Source of the DNA: a virus | Lineage: Duplodnaviria; Caudoviricetes | Reading direction: 5' to 3' (one strand) | DNA length: 43,271 nt | IMG/VR virus record: IMGVR_UViG_3300030433_001432 | Span: 1-43,271 of that record | In this document: positions 15,464 to 25,628 of the stretch, piece by piece | Layout of the letters: each line of letters opens with the position of its first letter | How positions within the stretch are numbered: the first letter of the stretch is position 1 | The notes under the pieces: model-generated | Told to the model about the DNA's origin: nothing | The model's input: the letters and a program-made list of their open reading frames with translations, nothing else | Database searches by the model: none | Program-made: the position numbers and the translations under genes

Positions 15464-15850
15464 ATGAAAAAACAAAATAAACCAAAACATACAAAACCTT
15501 TTGAATGGGAAAAAGGTTCTTATAAAGCAGGAGAAATATTAAATAATGAATGGGTTTACTATGATTACTATGGCGAGAATGATGACCCAAACAAAAATAG
15601 ATTCGAAGATAACGAAGAAAAATTTTCTTGGAAAATGAAAGAAGATAAATTAAATTATTATCAAAGTCTTATTTATTTTCCAAAACATATATCAATCATT
15701 GATAATAAAACAAGTAGAACAGATACAGAATTAAAAAGATATGTCTGTAATGTAATCTTAAAAAAAGAGAATGCTGACACCAGAGAAAGAAATAATAAAA
15801 AAGCAAGAGAAAAAAGACAAAATATAAAAGAAAAAAGACTTGCAATTTAA
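15464..15850 (+). CDS. Hypothetical protein
   Basis: GAGGGAG RBS; 128 aa with basic C-terminus. Confidence 0.7.
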   Translation: MKKQNKPKHTKPFEWEKGSYKAGEILNNEWVYYDYYGENDDPNKNRFEDNEEKFSWKMKEDKLNYYQSLIYFPKHISIIDNKTSRTDTELKRYVCNVILKKENADTRERNNKKAREKRQNIKEKRLAI

Positions 15851-15868
15851 ATTTACTTGTGGTATAAT
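15840..15868 (+). promoter_or_regulatory. Sigma70 promoter for the replication operon
   Basis: TTGCAA-17 nt-TATAAT with extended TG. Confidence 0.75.
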
Positions 15869-15911
15869 GTGCAAAGTAATTAAAATAATTTATATATAAA
15901 GGAGTAAAACT

Positions 15912-16322
15912 ATGTATGAATATGTAGAAGGCGAGGCGATGTATCCACACATCACTACACCTAACACGAGGTTTCAACCTCACAAGTATGTCATTACAGT
16001 TTTAACTGATGACAGCACTGCTTCTGATTTAGAAGCGAAAGGTATCTCTCAAGTTAGAGATAGAAGTGGGCAACCTAAGTTTGATAAACCTGCTTTTTCT
16101 TTTAGTAGAAAAGTAGAAGTTGCAGGTCGTATCAATGAAGCACCAAAGCTAATTGATAATGACGGCAACCCTATGGATGTTGCAGTTGGTAATGGCTCTA
16201 AAGTTAAGGTTAAAATTAAACCTTACAAGAATGACTATGGAACTTTTGCTGAATTGATTGCAGTTAAAGTTGTAGAGTTAGTTGAGTACGCTGAACAATC
16301 AGCAGACAACGAGGAGTTTTAA
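15912..16322 (+). CDS. Putative single-stranded DNA-binding protein (T7 gp2.5-like)
   Basis: PKLIDNDGNP..VGNGSKVKVK and AVKVVELVEY motifs; acidic tail ending in Phe; upstream of primase. Confidence 0.75.
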   Translation: MYEYVEGEAMYPHITTPNTRFQPHKYVITVLTDDSTASDLEAKGISQVRDRSGQPKFDKPAFSFSRKVEVAGRINEAPKLIDNDGNPMDVAVGNGSKVKVKIKPYKNDYGTFAELIAVKVVELVEYAEQSADNEEF

Positions 16323-16323
16323 T

Positions 16324-16593
16324 ATGATTATAAGTGTTAAAAAAGATGATGGAGATATTTCCTATGATGTTAATAATATTTCTGACCAAGCTAAACAAGG
16401 CGAAGCCAGAGTTATTATTACGAAAGTAGGAACTCTTGAAACTATTTTGGAAGCAATTAACTTTGCAAGTGCTACACATAGAGCTAATCTTGAAAAGCTT
16501 TTAGAAGGCTGTGAAGAAGCTCTTATAGAGAGTGCTCCAACTGAGGAAGTATCTGAAACTAAAATTATAACTGAAGATACTAAAGATAAATAA
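16324..16593 (+). CDS. Hypothetical protein
   Basis: GAGGAG RBS before ATG 16324 (MIISVKKDDG). Confidence 0.7.
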   Translation: MIISVKKDDGDISYDVNNISDQAKQGEARVIITKVGTLETILEAINFASATHRANLEKLLEGCEEALIESAPTEEVSETKIITEDTKDK

Positions 16594-16599
16594 TAATTA

Positions 16600-18276
16600 G
16601 TGAGGGCTAATATGACAAGCACTTGGGATAAGGTGCATCAACCGTGTCCTATTTGTAATAGTAGCGATGCAGTTGGTGTTAATGAAGATGGGTCAGCTAA
16701 ATGTTTTAGTTGCGATACCTTCATGCCTAACTATAAAGAAAGTTGCGAAGGAAAAAATATGGAAGTAAAACAAGATAATACATTTAAACAACCTGATGAT
16801 TTATCAGTCGGTGCTTTCTCAGCATTGACCGATAGAAAAATATCACAAGCTACTGCTCAGAAGTATGGAGTAAAAGTTGTCCATGACTTACAAGGCAAAG
16901 TAGTAAAGCACATGTATCCATTTTATAATGGACATGAGTTAGCTTCAACCAAAGAAAGAAACGTACCTAATAAACAATTCTTTTGGAATGGTTCGCTAGA
17001 TGATACTGGTTTGTTTGGACAACAACTTTTCAAGAGTGGCAAGTATGTAACTTTAACCGAAGGCGAGTGTGATGCTATGGCTGCCTATGAATTATTAGGT
17101 AGTAAGTGGGCAGTTGTCTCTATTAAACGAGGTGCAGCAGGTGCGGTTCGTGATGTTAAAGATAGTCTTGAATTTCTTGAAGGATTTGAAAATGTTATCA
17201 TTGCATTTGATAATGATAAAGCAGGTAAGGAAGCAGCTAGAAAAGTTGCAAGGTTATTTAAACCAAGCAAAGCTAAAATACTTTCTCTACCTAACGGCTA
17301 CAAAGACCCTAATGATATGCTCCGAAACAACAAGCACAAAGAGTTTGTTGAAGCATGGTGGTCAGCTAAAACCTATACACCTTCTGGTGTCTTAAATGTT
17401 TCTGAACAAAGAGACAAGTACCACACTAGAGAAAAGAAAAACAGTGTACCTTATCCATGGCAAGGATTGAATGACAAGTTGTATGGACTACGACAAGGAG
17501 AACTGGTAACGCTTACTGGTGGAACTGGTCTTGGTAAGTCTTCTGTAACAAGAGAGCTAGAACACTGGCTAATCAAAAGCACCAAAGATAATGTCGGTGT
17601 GATTGCTCTTGAAGAAGATTGGCGAAGAACTATTGATGGTATTATATCTATCGAAGCTAATGCTAGATTATATATAGACCAAGAACGAGAAAAGTTTACA
17701 CCAGAACAACTTGATAAATTCTTTGATGTCTTGTATGATGGCGAGAACAAGAACAGAGTTTGGGTTCATGCTCACTTTGGCACGAATGACATTGATGAGA
17801 TATTTTCCAAGCTTAGATTTATGATTATCGGTTGTGAATGTAAATGGGTTGTAGTTGACCACTTACACATGTTAGTGAGTGCAGTATCAGAAGGCGATGA
17901 ACGTAGAGCCATTGATAATATTATGACTAGACTTAGAAGTATCGTTGAAGAAACTGGTGCAGGTATAATCTTAGTATCACACTTGAGAAGAGTTGATGGT
18001 AACAAAGGACATGAGAACGGTATCGAAGTAAACCTATCTCACTTGAGAGGTTCACAGAGTATTGCTCAACTATCTGATTGTGTCTTAGCATTAGAGAGAA
18101 ACCAACAGTCTGATGATGGTGATGAGTCTCGTACTACAAAAGTCCGTGTGCTTAAATCAAGATACACTGGCGATGTTGGCATGGCAACACACTTGCTATA
18201 TGATTCTAAAAGTGGTAGACTATCAGAGGTAGATATATCTGACATTCAAGTTGATGAAGATGAACACGGATTTTAA
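16600..18276 (+). CDS. DNA primase-helicase (T7 gp4-like)
   Basis: Zn finger CPIC..CFSC; TOPRIM EGECD/FDND; Walker A GGTGLGKS; VVDHL; LRGSQSIAQLSD. Confidence 0.95.
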   Translation: MRANMTSTWDKVHQPCPICNSSDAVGVNEDGSAKCFSCDTFMPNYKESCEGKNMEVKQDNTFKQPDDLSVGAFSALTDRKISQATAQKYGVKVVHDLQGKVVKHMYPFYNGHELASTKERNVPNKQFFWNGSLDDTGLFGQQLFKSGKYVTLTEGECDAMAAYELLGSKWAVVSIKRGAAGAVRDVKDSLEFLEGFENVIIAFDNDKAGKEAARKVARLFKPSKAKILSLPNGYKDPNDMLRNNKHKEFVEAWWSAKTYTPSGVLNVSEQRDKYHTREKKNSVPYPWQGLNDKLYGLRQGELVTLTGGTGLGKSSVTRELEHWLIKSTKDNVGVIALEEDWRRTIDGIISIEANARLYIDQEREKFTPEQLDKFFDVLYDGENKNRVWVHAHFGTNDIDEIFSKLRFMIIGCECKWVVVDHLHMLVSAVSEGDERRAIDNIMTRLRSIVEETGAGIILVSHLRRVDGNKGHENGIEVNLSHLRGSQSIAQLSDCVLALERNQQSDDGDESRTTKVRVLKSRYTGDVGMATHLLYDSKSGRLSEVDISDIQVDEDEHGF

Positions 18277-18278
18277 TT

Positions 18279-20009
18279 ATGGATTTAGTATTTGACATAG
18301 AGACAGACGATTTAAAAGCCACTAAGGTTTGGTGTATCGTTGCTCAAGATGTAGACACAAATGAAATATTTAAGTTTCCACCTAGCAAACTTGATGATGG
18401 TGTAAAACTTTTACAATCAGCAGATAGATTGATTGGACATAATATTGTTGGCTTTGATATACCGATGATTAAAAAGTTTTTTGATGTAGACTTAGCTAGT
18501 AAAGAACTTCTTGATACTTTAGTTTTATCAAGACTATTTAATCCTACTCGTGAAGGTGGACATTCACTAGAAAAGTGGGGATATAAATTAGGATTTAAAA
18601 AGATTGAGTTTGAAGATTATCAAAACTATTCAGCAGACATGTTAAACTATTGTGTTCGTGATGTTCAACTTAATACTTTAGTTTACAAAGAACTTAAAAA
18701 AGAAGCTAGAGGTTTTTCTAAAGACTCAGTTTGTTTAGAACATTCTGTTTCTGATATAATGAAACAACAAGAAGTAAATGGATTTAAGTTTGATGAGAGA
18801 AGTGCTAATCTATTATTAGCAGAGCTACGAGAACAAATGCAATCTATTGAAGATGAAGTACATAAAACATTTCAACCTCGTCTGGTTGATGATAAGTTAG
18901 TTAAGCCTTACATTAAAAAGGATGGAACTCTATCTAAAAGAGGACTTACTGATGATGAGTATCAAAGATGTTTAGATAGTTCTGACTATCGACCATTTAT
19001 GAGACAGACTTTACAAGAGTTTAATCTTGGTAGTCGTAAACAGATTGGTGAATACCTAACAGACTTTGGTTGGAAGCCAGAAAGATTTACACCTACCGGT
19101 CAGCCTATTGTAGATGAGAAAACTTTATCACAGATAACTCACATTCACGAGGCTAATCTTATAGCTAGATTTTTATTACTGCAAAAGAGAATTGCACAGA
19201 TAGAGTCTTGGTTAGAAGCATTACAAGATGACGGTAGAGTTCACGGCTTTGTTATTCCTAACGGTACGATTACTGGTAGGATGACACATAGAAATCCTAA
19301 CATGGCACAAGTTCCAAGTATCAATAGCGAATACGGTAAGGAGTGCCGTGCTTGTTGGATTGTTGACGAAGGAAATAAATTAGTTGGTATTGATGCTAGT
19401 GGTCTTGAGATAAGAATGTTAGCACATTACATGGATGATAAGGAGTTTATAAATGAAATCATTAACGGAGACATACACACCTCTAATCAAAAACTTGCAG
19501 GACTTGAATCAAGAGATAAGGCAAAGACTTTCATCTATGCCCTCATGTACGGAGCAGGAGACGAAAAACTTGGCAAGGTGGTTGGTGGAAATACAACAGA
19601 TGGTAAAAGAGCTAGACAGTATTTCTTTGATAATAAACCAGAATTTAAATCTCTTAGAGATAGAGTGCAAAGAGCAGCAACTAAGAAGTACCTCAAGGGT
19701 ATAGACGGTAGAAAGCTTTATATTAGAAATAATCATGCTGCTCTAAATACTTTATTACAAGGAGCAGGTGCTATCGTTATGAAGAAAGCATTATCTTTAT
19801 TAGATAACAAACTAAAATTAAATACTATTGACTATAAGTTCGTTGCGAATATACATGACGAATGGCAAGTTGAAGTGAGGGAATCTCAAGCAGACTTTGT
19901 AGGACTTCGTGCAGTCGAAGCTATAATAGAAGCAGGAGAATATTTTAATCTTCGTTGTCCTTTAGATGGCGAATACAAAGTAGGAGATAATTGGAGTGAA
20001 ACACACTAG
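18279..20009 (+). CDS. polA: DNA polymerase family A (T7 gp5-like)
   Basis: Exonuclease motifs DIET, GHNIVGFD, YCVRD; motif A DASGLEIR; motif B RDKAKTFIYALMYG (Tyr at the 762-equivalent position, as in T7); motif C IHDE. Confidence 0.95.
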   Translation: MDLVFDIETDDLKATKVWCIVAQDVDTNEIFKFPPSKLDDGVKLLQSADRLIGHNIVGFDIPMIKKFFDVDLASKELLDTLVLSRLFNPTREGGHSLEKWGYKLGFKKIEFEDYQNYSADMLNYCVRDVQLNTLVYKELKKEARGFSKDSVCLEHSVSDIMKQQEVNGFKFDERSANLLLAELREQMQSIEDEVHKTFQPRLVDDKLVKPYIKKDGTLSKRGLTDDEYQRCLDSSDYRPFMRQTLQEFNLGSRKQIGEYLTDFGWKPERFTPTGQPIVDEKTLSQITHIHEANLIARFLLLQKRIAQIESWLEALQDDGRVHGFVIPNGTITGRMTHRNPNMAQVPSINSEYGKECRACWIVDEGNKLVGIDASGLEIRMLAHYMDDKEFINEIINGDIHTSNQKLAGLESRDKAKTFIYALMYGAGDEKLGKVVGGNTTDGKRARQYFFDNKPEFKSLRDRVQRAATKKYLKGIDGRKLYIRNNHAALNTLLQGAGAIVMKKALSLLDNKLKLNTIDYKFVANIHDEWQVEVRESQADFVGLRAVEAIIEAGEYFNLRCPLDGEYKVGDNWSETH

Positions 20010-20310
20010 CAAAAATGATAGTAGTAGAAAAGGAGATATGGCAGAGTATTACGCTGTTACTTGGTTATGGGATAATGGTTATGAAGTTTTTAAAAATTGT
20101 GGCTGTACTGGCTTAGTAGATTTAATAGCTAGAGATAAAAAAGGTAAAACAATTTTAATAGATGTTAAAACATCTAGAGAACAAACTAATGGCGATTCAA
20201 ACCTGACAAAAACTAATAGTAGAACTAAACAACAAATAGAAGCAGGTGTTAAAATACTTATGTTTAATCCTAAGAGTAGAAAATTAAGATTTATTAATCA
20301 TACAAAATGA
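19996..20310 (+). CDS. PD-(D/E)XK endonuclease (Holliday-junction-resolvase-like)
   Basis: RKGDMAE...GYEV...VDLIA...IDVKT pattern. Confidence 0.75.
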   Translation: MKHTSKNDSSRKGDMAEYYAVTWLWDNGYEVFKNCGCTGLVDLIARDKKGKTILIDVKTSREQTNGDSNLTKTNSRTKQQIEAGVKILMFNPKSRKLRFINHTK

Positions 20311-21194
20311 AAAACTTAGATAACTTAGTAGAGGATATTTACTCTAAACTTTCTGTTTTAGGAGACGGTAAGCCATTAGATGTAAGTGAAAAAGATATAG
20401 ATGCTTTAGGAGAAAGTATAAAAGAAGTATTACATCACTGGGCTAACCCATCACCAAGAAGTTCAGACATGTTAAGAATGTCTAACATTGGTAAACCAAC
20501 TAGACAGTTATGGTATGATATAAAATCAGAGAATGAATCTACTGAGTCTTTACCTGCTCCAGTCTTTATTAAATTTTTATACGGTCATATCTTAGAAGAA
20601 GTGTTATTATTTTTAGTAAAACTTTCTGGACATAAAGTAGGTAATCAACAAAAAGAAGTATCGGTATCTGGTATAAAAGGACACATGGATTGTACTATAG
20701 ATGGAGAAGTAGTAGATGTAAAGACTGCTTCTGGTTTTGCTTTTAGAAAATTTAAAGATGGTACATTAGCAGAACAAGATACCTTTGGCTATCTTCCACA
20801 ACTTGCAGGTTACGAAGAAGCTGAAGGTACAAAGAAGGGTGGCTTTCTAGCTATCAATAAAGAGACCGGAGAGTTAGCTTTGTTTAGACCTTCTGAGTTT
20901 GATAAACCTAATATTAAAAAGAAGATAAGAGATGTTAAGAAAGCAATCAAACTTGACAATCCACCTCAAAGATGTTATAATCCAGAACCAGAAGGTAGCT
21001 CTGGCAATATGAAACTTCCTAAAGAATGTGTATATTGCAGACATAAGTTTGAATGTCATTCAGATGCTAATGATGGATTAGGTTTAAGAGTATTTAAATA
21101 TTCAAGAGGTTATAGTTACTTAACACAAACACCAAAACCACCAAAGGTTTTAGAGGTTACAAATGAATGGCAAAAAAGCAAAAAGACTTCGTAA
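20307..21194 (+). CDS. PD-(D/E)XK exonuclease (RecB/Cas4-like)
   Basis: LRMSNIGKP, GHMD..IDG..VDVKT, YLPQLAGY motifs; C-terminal CVYC..KFEC. Confidence 0.8.
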   Translation: MKNLDNLVEDIYSKLSVLGDGKPLDVSEKDIDALGESIKEVLHHWANPSPRSSDMLRMSNIGKPTRQLWYDIKSENESTESLPAPVFIKFLYGHILEEVLLFLVKLSGHKVGNQQKEVSVSGIKGHMDCTIDGEVVDVKTASGFAFRKFKDGTLAEQDTFGYLPQLAGYEEAEGTKKGGFLAINKETGELALFRPSEFDKPNIKKKIRDVKKAIKLDNPPQRCYNPEPEGSSGNMKLPKECVYCRHKFECHSDANDGLGLRVFKYSRGYSYLTQTPKPPKVLEVTNEWQKSKKTS

Positions 21195-21420
21195 ACATGC
21201 AACTCAGTTGTTAATTAGATGGATTAGGTCTATGACTCCTGATGGAGAAGATGCGACCAAGATTACTGCAAAAAATTTACATGAGTTTTTACCAGAAGAT
21301 ACTCACATATTCGCTAATAATAAATACATGGTTAGTGCTTATACTCTTAGATGGTTTTACAAAAAAGTAAAAGACAACCCTAATGCAACATTAGAGGAGA
21401 TATTAAATGAGCAAAGCTAA
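21163..21420 (+). CDS. Hypothetical protein
   Basis: MNGKKAKRLRK start; GAGG RBS. Confidence 0.7.
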   Translation: MNGKKAKRLRKHATQLLIRWIRSMTPDGEDATKITAKNLHEFLPEDTHIFANNKYMVSAYTLRWFYKKVKDNPNATLEEILNEQS

Positions 21421-21658
21421 AACAATCAACGATTTAATTAGTAAAGATGTAGTTAATAATCCAGAACATTATAATCAAGGAAAGATAGAATGTATAGACT
21501 CTATCGAAGCTATGTTAACTAAAGAAGAATTTATTGGCTATCTTCGTGGTAACTCTCATAAGTATCGTTGGAGATTTAGATATAAAAATGGTATTGAAGA
21601 TTTAAAAAAAGCTGAATGGTACGAAAACAAACTACTAAAAGTTTTAGAGGAGAAGTAA
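21407..21658 (+). CDS. DUF3310 (T7 gp1.7-like nucleotide kinase) protein
   Basis: VNNPEHY..G.IECIDSI, GYLRGNSHKYRWR, KNGIEDLKKAEWY motifs. Confidence 0.85.
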   Translation: MSKAKTINDLISKDVVNNPEHYNQGKIECIDSIEAMLTKEEFIGYLRGNSHKYRWRFRYKNGIEDLKKAEWYENKLLKVLEEK

Positions 21659-23554
21659 ATGGTAGAAGATAAAGTAGGACAAAAGCCTTACTTAGGTATT
21701 GAAATAAATTACGATAAAGAAAAAAAGCTAGACAAGTTTAGTTTAGATACATTAAAAGATAGATATTTCTGGGAGGAAGAAACACATGCACAAGAAGCTT
21801 TCGCAAGGGCTGCAGTATTTGCTGCCACCTACAAGGGTACAACAGATTATGAAATGGCTCAAAGACTTTACAACTACAGTTCCGATTGTTGGTTCATGTT
21901 TAGCACTCCTATACTTAGTAACGGGGGTACAACTCGTGGGCTTCCTATTAGCTGTTTCCTCAATTATGTACCTGACAGTAGGGATGGTTTATCTTCTCAC
22001 TATGATGAGAATATATGGTTGGCTAGTTCAGGTGGAGGCATTGGTGGATACTGGGGAGATATTAGGAGTAATGGTATTTCTACTTCTTCAGGCAGTCGTT
22101 CTACTGGTTCTATTCCTTTCATTCATGTAGTTGATTCTCAGATGTTAGCCTTCAATCAAGGTGTAACTAGACGTGGTAGCTATGCTGCTTACATGGATAT
22201 ATCTCATCCAGAAATTGAAGAGTTTATAAATATGAGAAAAGAATCTGGTGGAGATATAAATAGAAAATGTTTGAATCTTCATAATGGTATTAACATTACT
22301 AATGATTTCTTAAAAGCTGTAAGAGACGATTTAGATTGGAGATTGATAGACCCTAAAACAAACGAAGCTGTTAAAACTATAAATGCTAGAGAGTTATGGT
22401 GGCAGATTATCTACGCTAGAGCAGAAACTGGTGAGCCGTATATGATAAATATAGATAACTGTAACGATGCTTTACCGCAAGGACAGAAAGACTTAGGCTT
22501 AGAAATAAAACAAAGTAATCTATGTTCAGAGATAACCTTACCCACTAATGAAGAAAGAACAGCAGTATGTTGTTTATCTAGTGTTAACTTAGAACATTAT
22601 GATGAATGGTCTAAGGATGATTACTTTATAAAAGATTTAATAACTATGTTAGATAATGTTCTACAACATTTTATTGAGAATGCTATTGACACATCGCAAC
22701 TTGGAGAGTATAATGCTAACTATAAGAGATTTAAAGGATATGTTAAAGATGGTAAAGAAGGATTTACAAAAGCTGCTTACTCAGCTTACAGAGAGCGTTC
22801 CTTGGGTTTGGGTGCAATGGGTTTTCATGCCTATTTACAATCAAATAAAATTCCGTTTGGAGGCATCCAAGCTACCGGATTTAATTATCAAGCATTCAAA
22901 CATATTAAAAAGAAAGCTACTAAGGCTAGTGAGGAACTTGCTGATATTCGTGGTGAAGCACCTGATGTATCTGGTTCTGGGATGCGTAATGCTCATCTCC
23001 TTGCCGTTGCTCCTAACGCTAGTAGTAGTATTATATGTGCTGGTACATCTCCCTCAGTAGAACCTTATAGGGCAAATGTCTTTACTCACAAAACTTTATC
23101 AGGTAGTTATCAGGTAAAAAATAAATACTTAGAAAAACTTTTAAAAAGTAAAGGATTAAAAGGAGAGGAACTAGACAACGTTTGGAAAGATATTGCTGGT
23201 AACAATGGCTCAGTACAACATCTTTCTATATTAGATGATACAGAAAAAGAATTATTTAAAACTGCGAATGAGTTAAATCAAATATGGATTATTGAACATG
23301 CTCATAAACGACAAGAGTTTATCTGTCAAAGCCAATCAATAAATTTATTCTTTGTGTTGCCTAAAGCAACTGAAGAACAAAATGCCCATGATGAATACAT
23401 GCAGTATGTAAATGATGTGCATTGGTATGGTATGCATAAATTAAAATCACTATACTACTTTAGGTCTGATGCAGCTAGAGCAGCAGAGAATGTTAATATA
23501 AAAGTTCCACGAATAAAACTAGATGAAGTGGACTGTATAGCTTGTGAGGGATAA
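21659..23554 (+). CDS. nrdA: Class I ribonucleotide reductase alpha subunit
   Basis: STPILSNGG, PISC, SNLCSEI, VCCLSS, APNASSS, SLYY, C-terminal CIAC; no ATP cone. Confidence 0.95.
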   Translation: MVEDKVGQKPYLGIEINYDKEKKLDKFSLDTLKDRYFWEEETHAQEAFARAAVFAATYKGTTDYEMAQRLYNYSSDCWFMFSTPILSNGGTTRGLPISCFLNYVPDSRDGLSSHYDENIWLASSGGGIGGYWGDIRSNGISTSSGSRSTGSIPFIHVVDSQMLAFNQGVTRRGSYAAYMDISHPEIEEFINMRKESGGDINRKCLNLHNGINITNDFLKAVRDDLDWRLIDPKTNEAVKTINARELWWQIIYARAETGEPYMINIDNCNDALPQGQKDLGLEIKQSNLCSEITLPTNEERTAVCCLSSVNLEHYDEWSKDDYFIKDLITMLDNVLQHFIENAIDTSQLGEYNANYKRFKGYVKDGKEGFTKAAYSAYRERSLGLGAMGFHAYLQSNKIPFGGIQATGFNYQAFKHIKKKATKASEELADIRGEAPDVSGSGMRNAHLLAVAPNASSSIICAGTSPSVEPYRANVFTHKTLSGSYQVKNKYLEKLLKSKGLKGEELDNVWKDIAGNNGSVQHLSILDDTEKELFKTANELNQIWIIEHAHKRQEFICQSQSINLFFVLPKATEEQNAHDEYMQYVNDVHWYGMHKLKSLYYFRSDAARAAENVNIKVPRIKLDEVDCIACEG

Positions 23555-23555
23555 T

Positions 23556-23987
23556 ATGAAACACAGTATAGCAATGTTATTAGTTGGTATTTTAGGTATC
23601 GGTGGGATACTTTATACAGCTATAATCAACGCAGATGTTTCTGGATATGGAGACGTTCATGGTTGTTGGGGTGAGTGTTACGAAGAATATACTGCAAAGT
23701 ATGGTACATTTACAGAACAACTAGAAGCAAAAAGAGTTGCAATGCAAACTGAAACACCTGCTGACAAAGGTGCTAAGATATATGTTAATTGTAATATGTG
23801 TCATGGTATGCAGGGTGAAGGAGGTATTGGACCGAAATTATCTGGCAGTACATCTATTGTAAAAATGTTAATGCAATATAAAAATGGAGAAACTAGAGGT
23901 GCACAGTCTGCTCTCATGTGGGGTCAATCTGCTAATCTATCTCTTGAAGATATGGAAAATTTACAAGCTTACATTGATACTTTATGA
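23556..23987 (+). CDS. Membrane-anchored/exported monoheme cytochrome c (c553-like)
   Basis: N-terminal TM/signal; heme motif CNMCH; GEGGIGPKL; distal Met in ALMWGQSANLS; likely start at ATG 23556. Confidence 0.9.
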   Translation: MKHSIAMLLVGILGIGGILYTAIINADVSGYGDVHGCWGECYEEYTAKYGTFTEQLEAKRVAMQTETPADKGAKIYVNCNMCHGMQGEGGIGPKLSGSTSIVKMLMQYKNGETRGAQSALMWGQSANLSLEDMENLQAYIDTL

Positions 23988-24208
23988 AACCAAAACATGT
24001 CAAAAGATTTGAAGATTCTTTATCATATCCAGAGTACACTGAAGAAGATAAAAAGAAAGGTATGAATAATAAAGACCTAGATTTTATGACAAAGAACCCT
24101 ATGTTTTGGGCAGTAATACTACCATCTATTTTTGTAATCGGTATAGGTATATTACCTTTTATAACAATGTTTATTTTTTTTGACAAACCAGAATTTCTTA
24201 AACCATGA
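23984..24208 (+). CDS. Small membrane protein
   Basis: C-terminal hydrophobic stretch; ATGA coupling to the cytochrome c gene. Confidence 0.7.
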   Translation: MKPKHVKRFEDSLSYPEYTEEDKKKGMNNKDLDFMTKNPMFWAVILPSIFVIGIGILPFITMFIFFDKPEFLKP

Positions 24209-24221
24209 GGAGAAAATAATT

Positions 24222-24431
24222 ATGGCTGAATATGCAGGAGCATTATTGTATAAAGCTCTACAAACAAAATACAAAGCGGAGAAAGCAGAAGCAAAAGCTA
24301 ACTTAGAAATATACTTTACTAACAAAGTTGGAGTTGCAGAACATCCTAACGTTGTTGAGTCTATGGATAAACTTATGGAACAATACGTTAATGCAGATGA
24401 AAAACTAAGAATACTAGAGGAGGAGTTTTAA
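24222..24431 (+). CDS. Conserved hypothetical phage protein
   Basis: GAGGAG RBS before ATG 24222; ANLEIY..VGVAEHP motif. Confidence 0.7.
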   Translation: MAEYAGALLYKALQTKYKAEKAEAKANLEIYFTNKVGVAEHPNVVESMDKLMEQYVNADEKLRILEEEF

Positions 24432-25429
24432 TGAGCCTGTTAGGAACAAGAGATTATTACAAACCATTTGATAACCCGTGGATGTTTGATTACTATGTAT
24501 TACAAAATCAAATGCACTGGATGCCTGAGTCTGTACCACTACATACAGATGTTAAAGACTGGCAAGAGTTATCAGATAATGAAAAGAATTTATTGACACA
24601 GATATTTAGATTGTTTACCCAGTCTGATGTAGATGTTGGCTCTGGTTACATAGATAGATACATGAGAATATTTAAAAAACCAGAAGCAAGAATGATGATG
24701 GGTTCATTTGCTAACATGGAATCTATTCATCAACATGCTTATAGTTTATTATTAGACACTGTCGGTATGCCTGAGATAGAGTACAAAGCTTTTGCTGAAT
24801 ACGAAGAAATGTCTAATAAACACGAGTACATTAGTAATTTAAAAACAACTAAAAGAGATAAAGAAAGTATTGCAAAAACTTTAGCAGTCTATTCGGCTTT
24901 TACTGAAGGACTACAACTATTTAGTAGCTTTGCAATCTTATTAAACTTTCCAAGGTTCGGTAGAATGAAAGGTATGGGTCAGATAGTTACCTATTCTATC
25001 AGAGATGAGTCAATGCATGTTGAAGCTATGACCAAACTTTTTAGAGAGTTTATTCAAGAGAACTTAGAGATATGGACTGACAAGTTTAAAAAAGAATTAT
25101 ATGATATATGTAGACACATGGTAGAACTTGAAGATAAATTCTTGGACTTAGTGTTTGATATGGGAGACATACAAGGACTAACTAAGAAAGATATGTATGC
25201 ATATAATAGATATATAGCAGATAGAAGACTGCTACAACTAGGACTAAAAACAAACTTTGACCAGAGGGAGAATCCGTTAGGTTGGTTAGATGAAGTTATG
25301 GGAGTTGAACATCAAAACTTCTTTGAGGGTCGTGCTACTTCATACATGAAGGCAGGACTAAGAGGAAGACAAGACCAGATAACTTTCGCATCCATGGAGG
25401 AAAACAATGGCGAAGAAGAAAGAAGCTAA
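24431..25429 (+). CDS. nrdB: Class Ia ribonucleotide reductase beta subunit
   Basis: Di-metal ligands FTQSD, ESIH, EGLQLFSSF, RDESMH; radical Tyr in HQHAY; NFFEGRATSY. Confidence 0.95.
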   Translation: MSLLGTRDYYKPFDNPWMFDYYVLQNQMHWMPESVPLHTDVKDWQELSDNEKNLLTQIFRLFTQSDVDVGSGYIDRYMRIFKKPEARMMMGSFANMESIHQHAYSLLLDTVGMPEIEYKAFAEYEEMSNKHEYISNLKTTKRDKESIAKTLAVYSAFTEGLQLFSSFAILLNFPRFGRMKGMGQIVTYSIRDESMHVEAMTKLFREFIQENLEIWTDKFKKELYDICRHMVELEDKFLDLVFDMGDIQGLTKKDMYAYNRYIADRRLLQLGLKTNFDQRENPLGWLDEVMGVEHQNFFEGRATSYMKAGLRGRQDQITFASMEENNGEEERS

Positions 25430-25628
25430 TCTAATAAGTTTTAAAGTAGTACTTACTGCTAACAATGATATTGTTACTGAGATGAGTATGTTACCTATGG
25501 AGGAGGTAGATAAGGTATTTAAAACTAGAGATGAGAATGAAATAGTTAAAACTATCCTACAGGCAGGGCAAAAGAAATTTGCCACCTTGCATAATTATTT
25601 TCAGAGTGAACTAGATTTTATAAAGTAG
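25407..25628 (+). CDS. Hypothetical protein
   Basis: GGAGG RBS; last gene of the plus arm. Confidence 0.7.
   Translation: MAKKKEANLISFKVVLTANNDIVTEMSMLPMEEVDKVFKTRDENEIVKTILQAGQKKFATLHNYFQSELDFIK

Noticed and set aside
15273-15590. 105-aa minus-strand ORF over the structured region
   Set aside because: Antisense to the plus-strand arm, overlaps a gene with a good RBS, and has no recognisable motif
17085-23060. Alternative-frame and antisense ORFs within primase, polymerase and nrdA
   Set aside because: Fully nested in well-supported genes, with no RBS or motif support
9206-25628. T7-type single-subunit RNA polymerase
   Set aside because: No ORF of suitable size or motif; sigma70 promoters explain transcription
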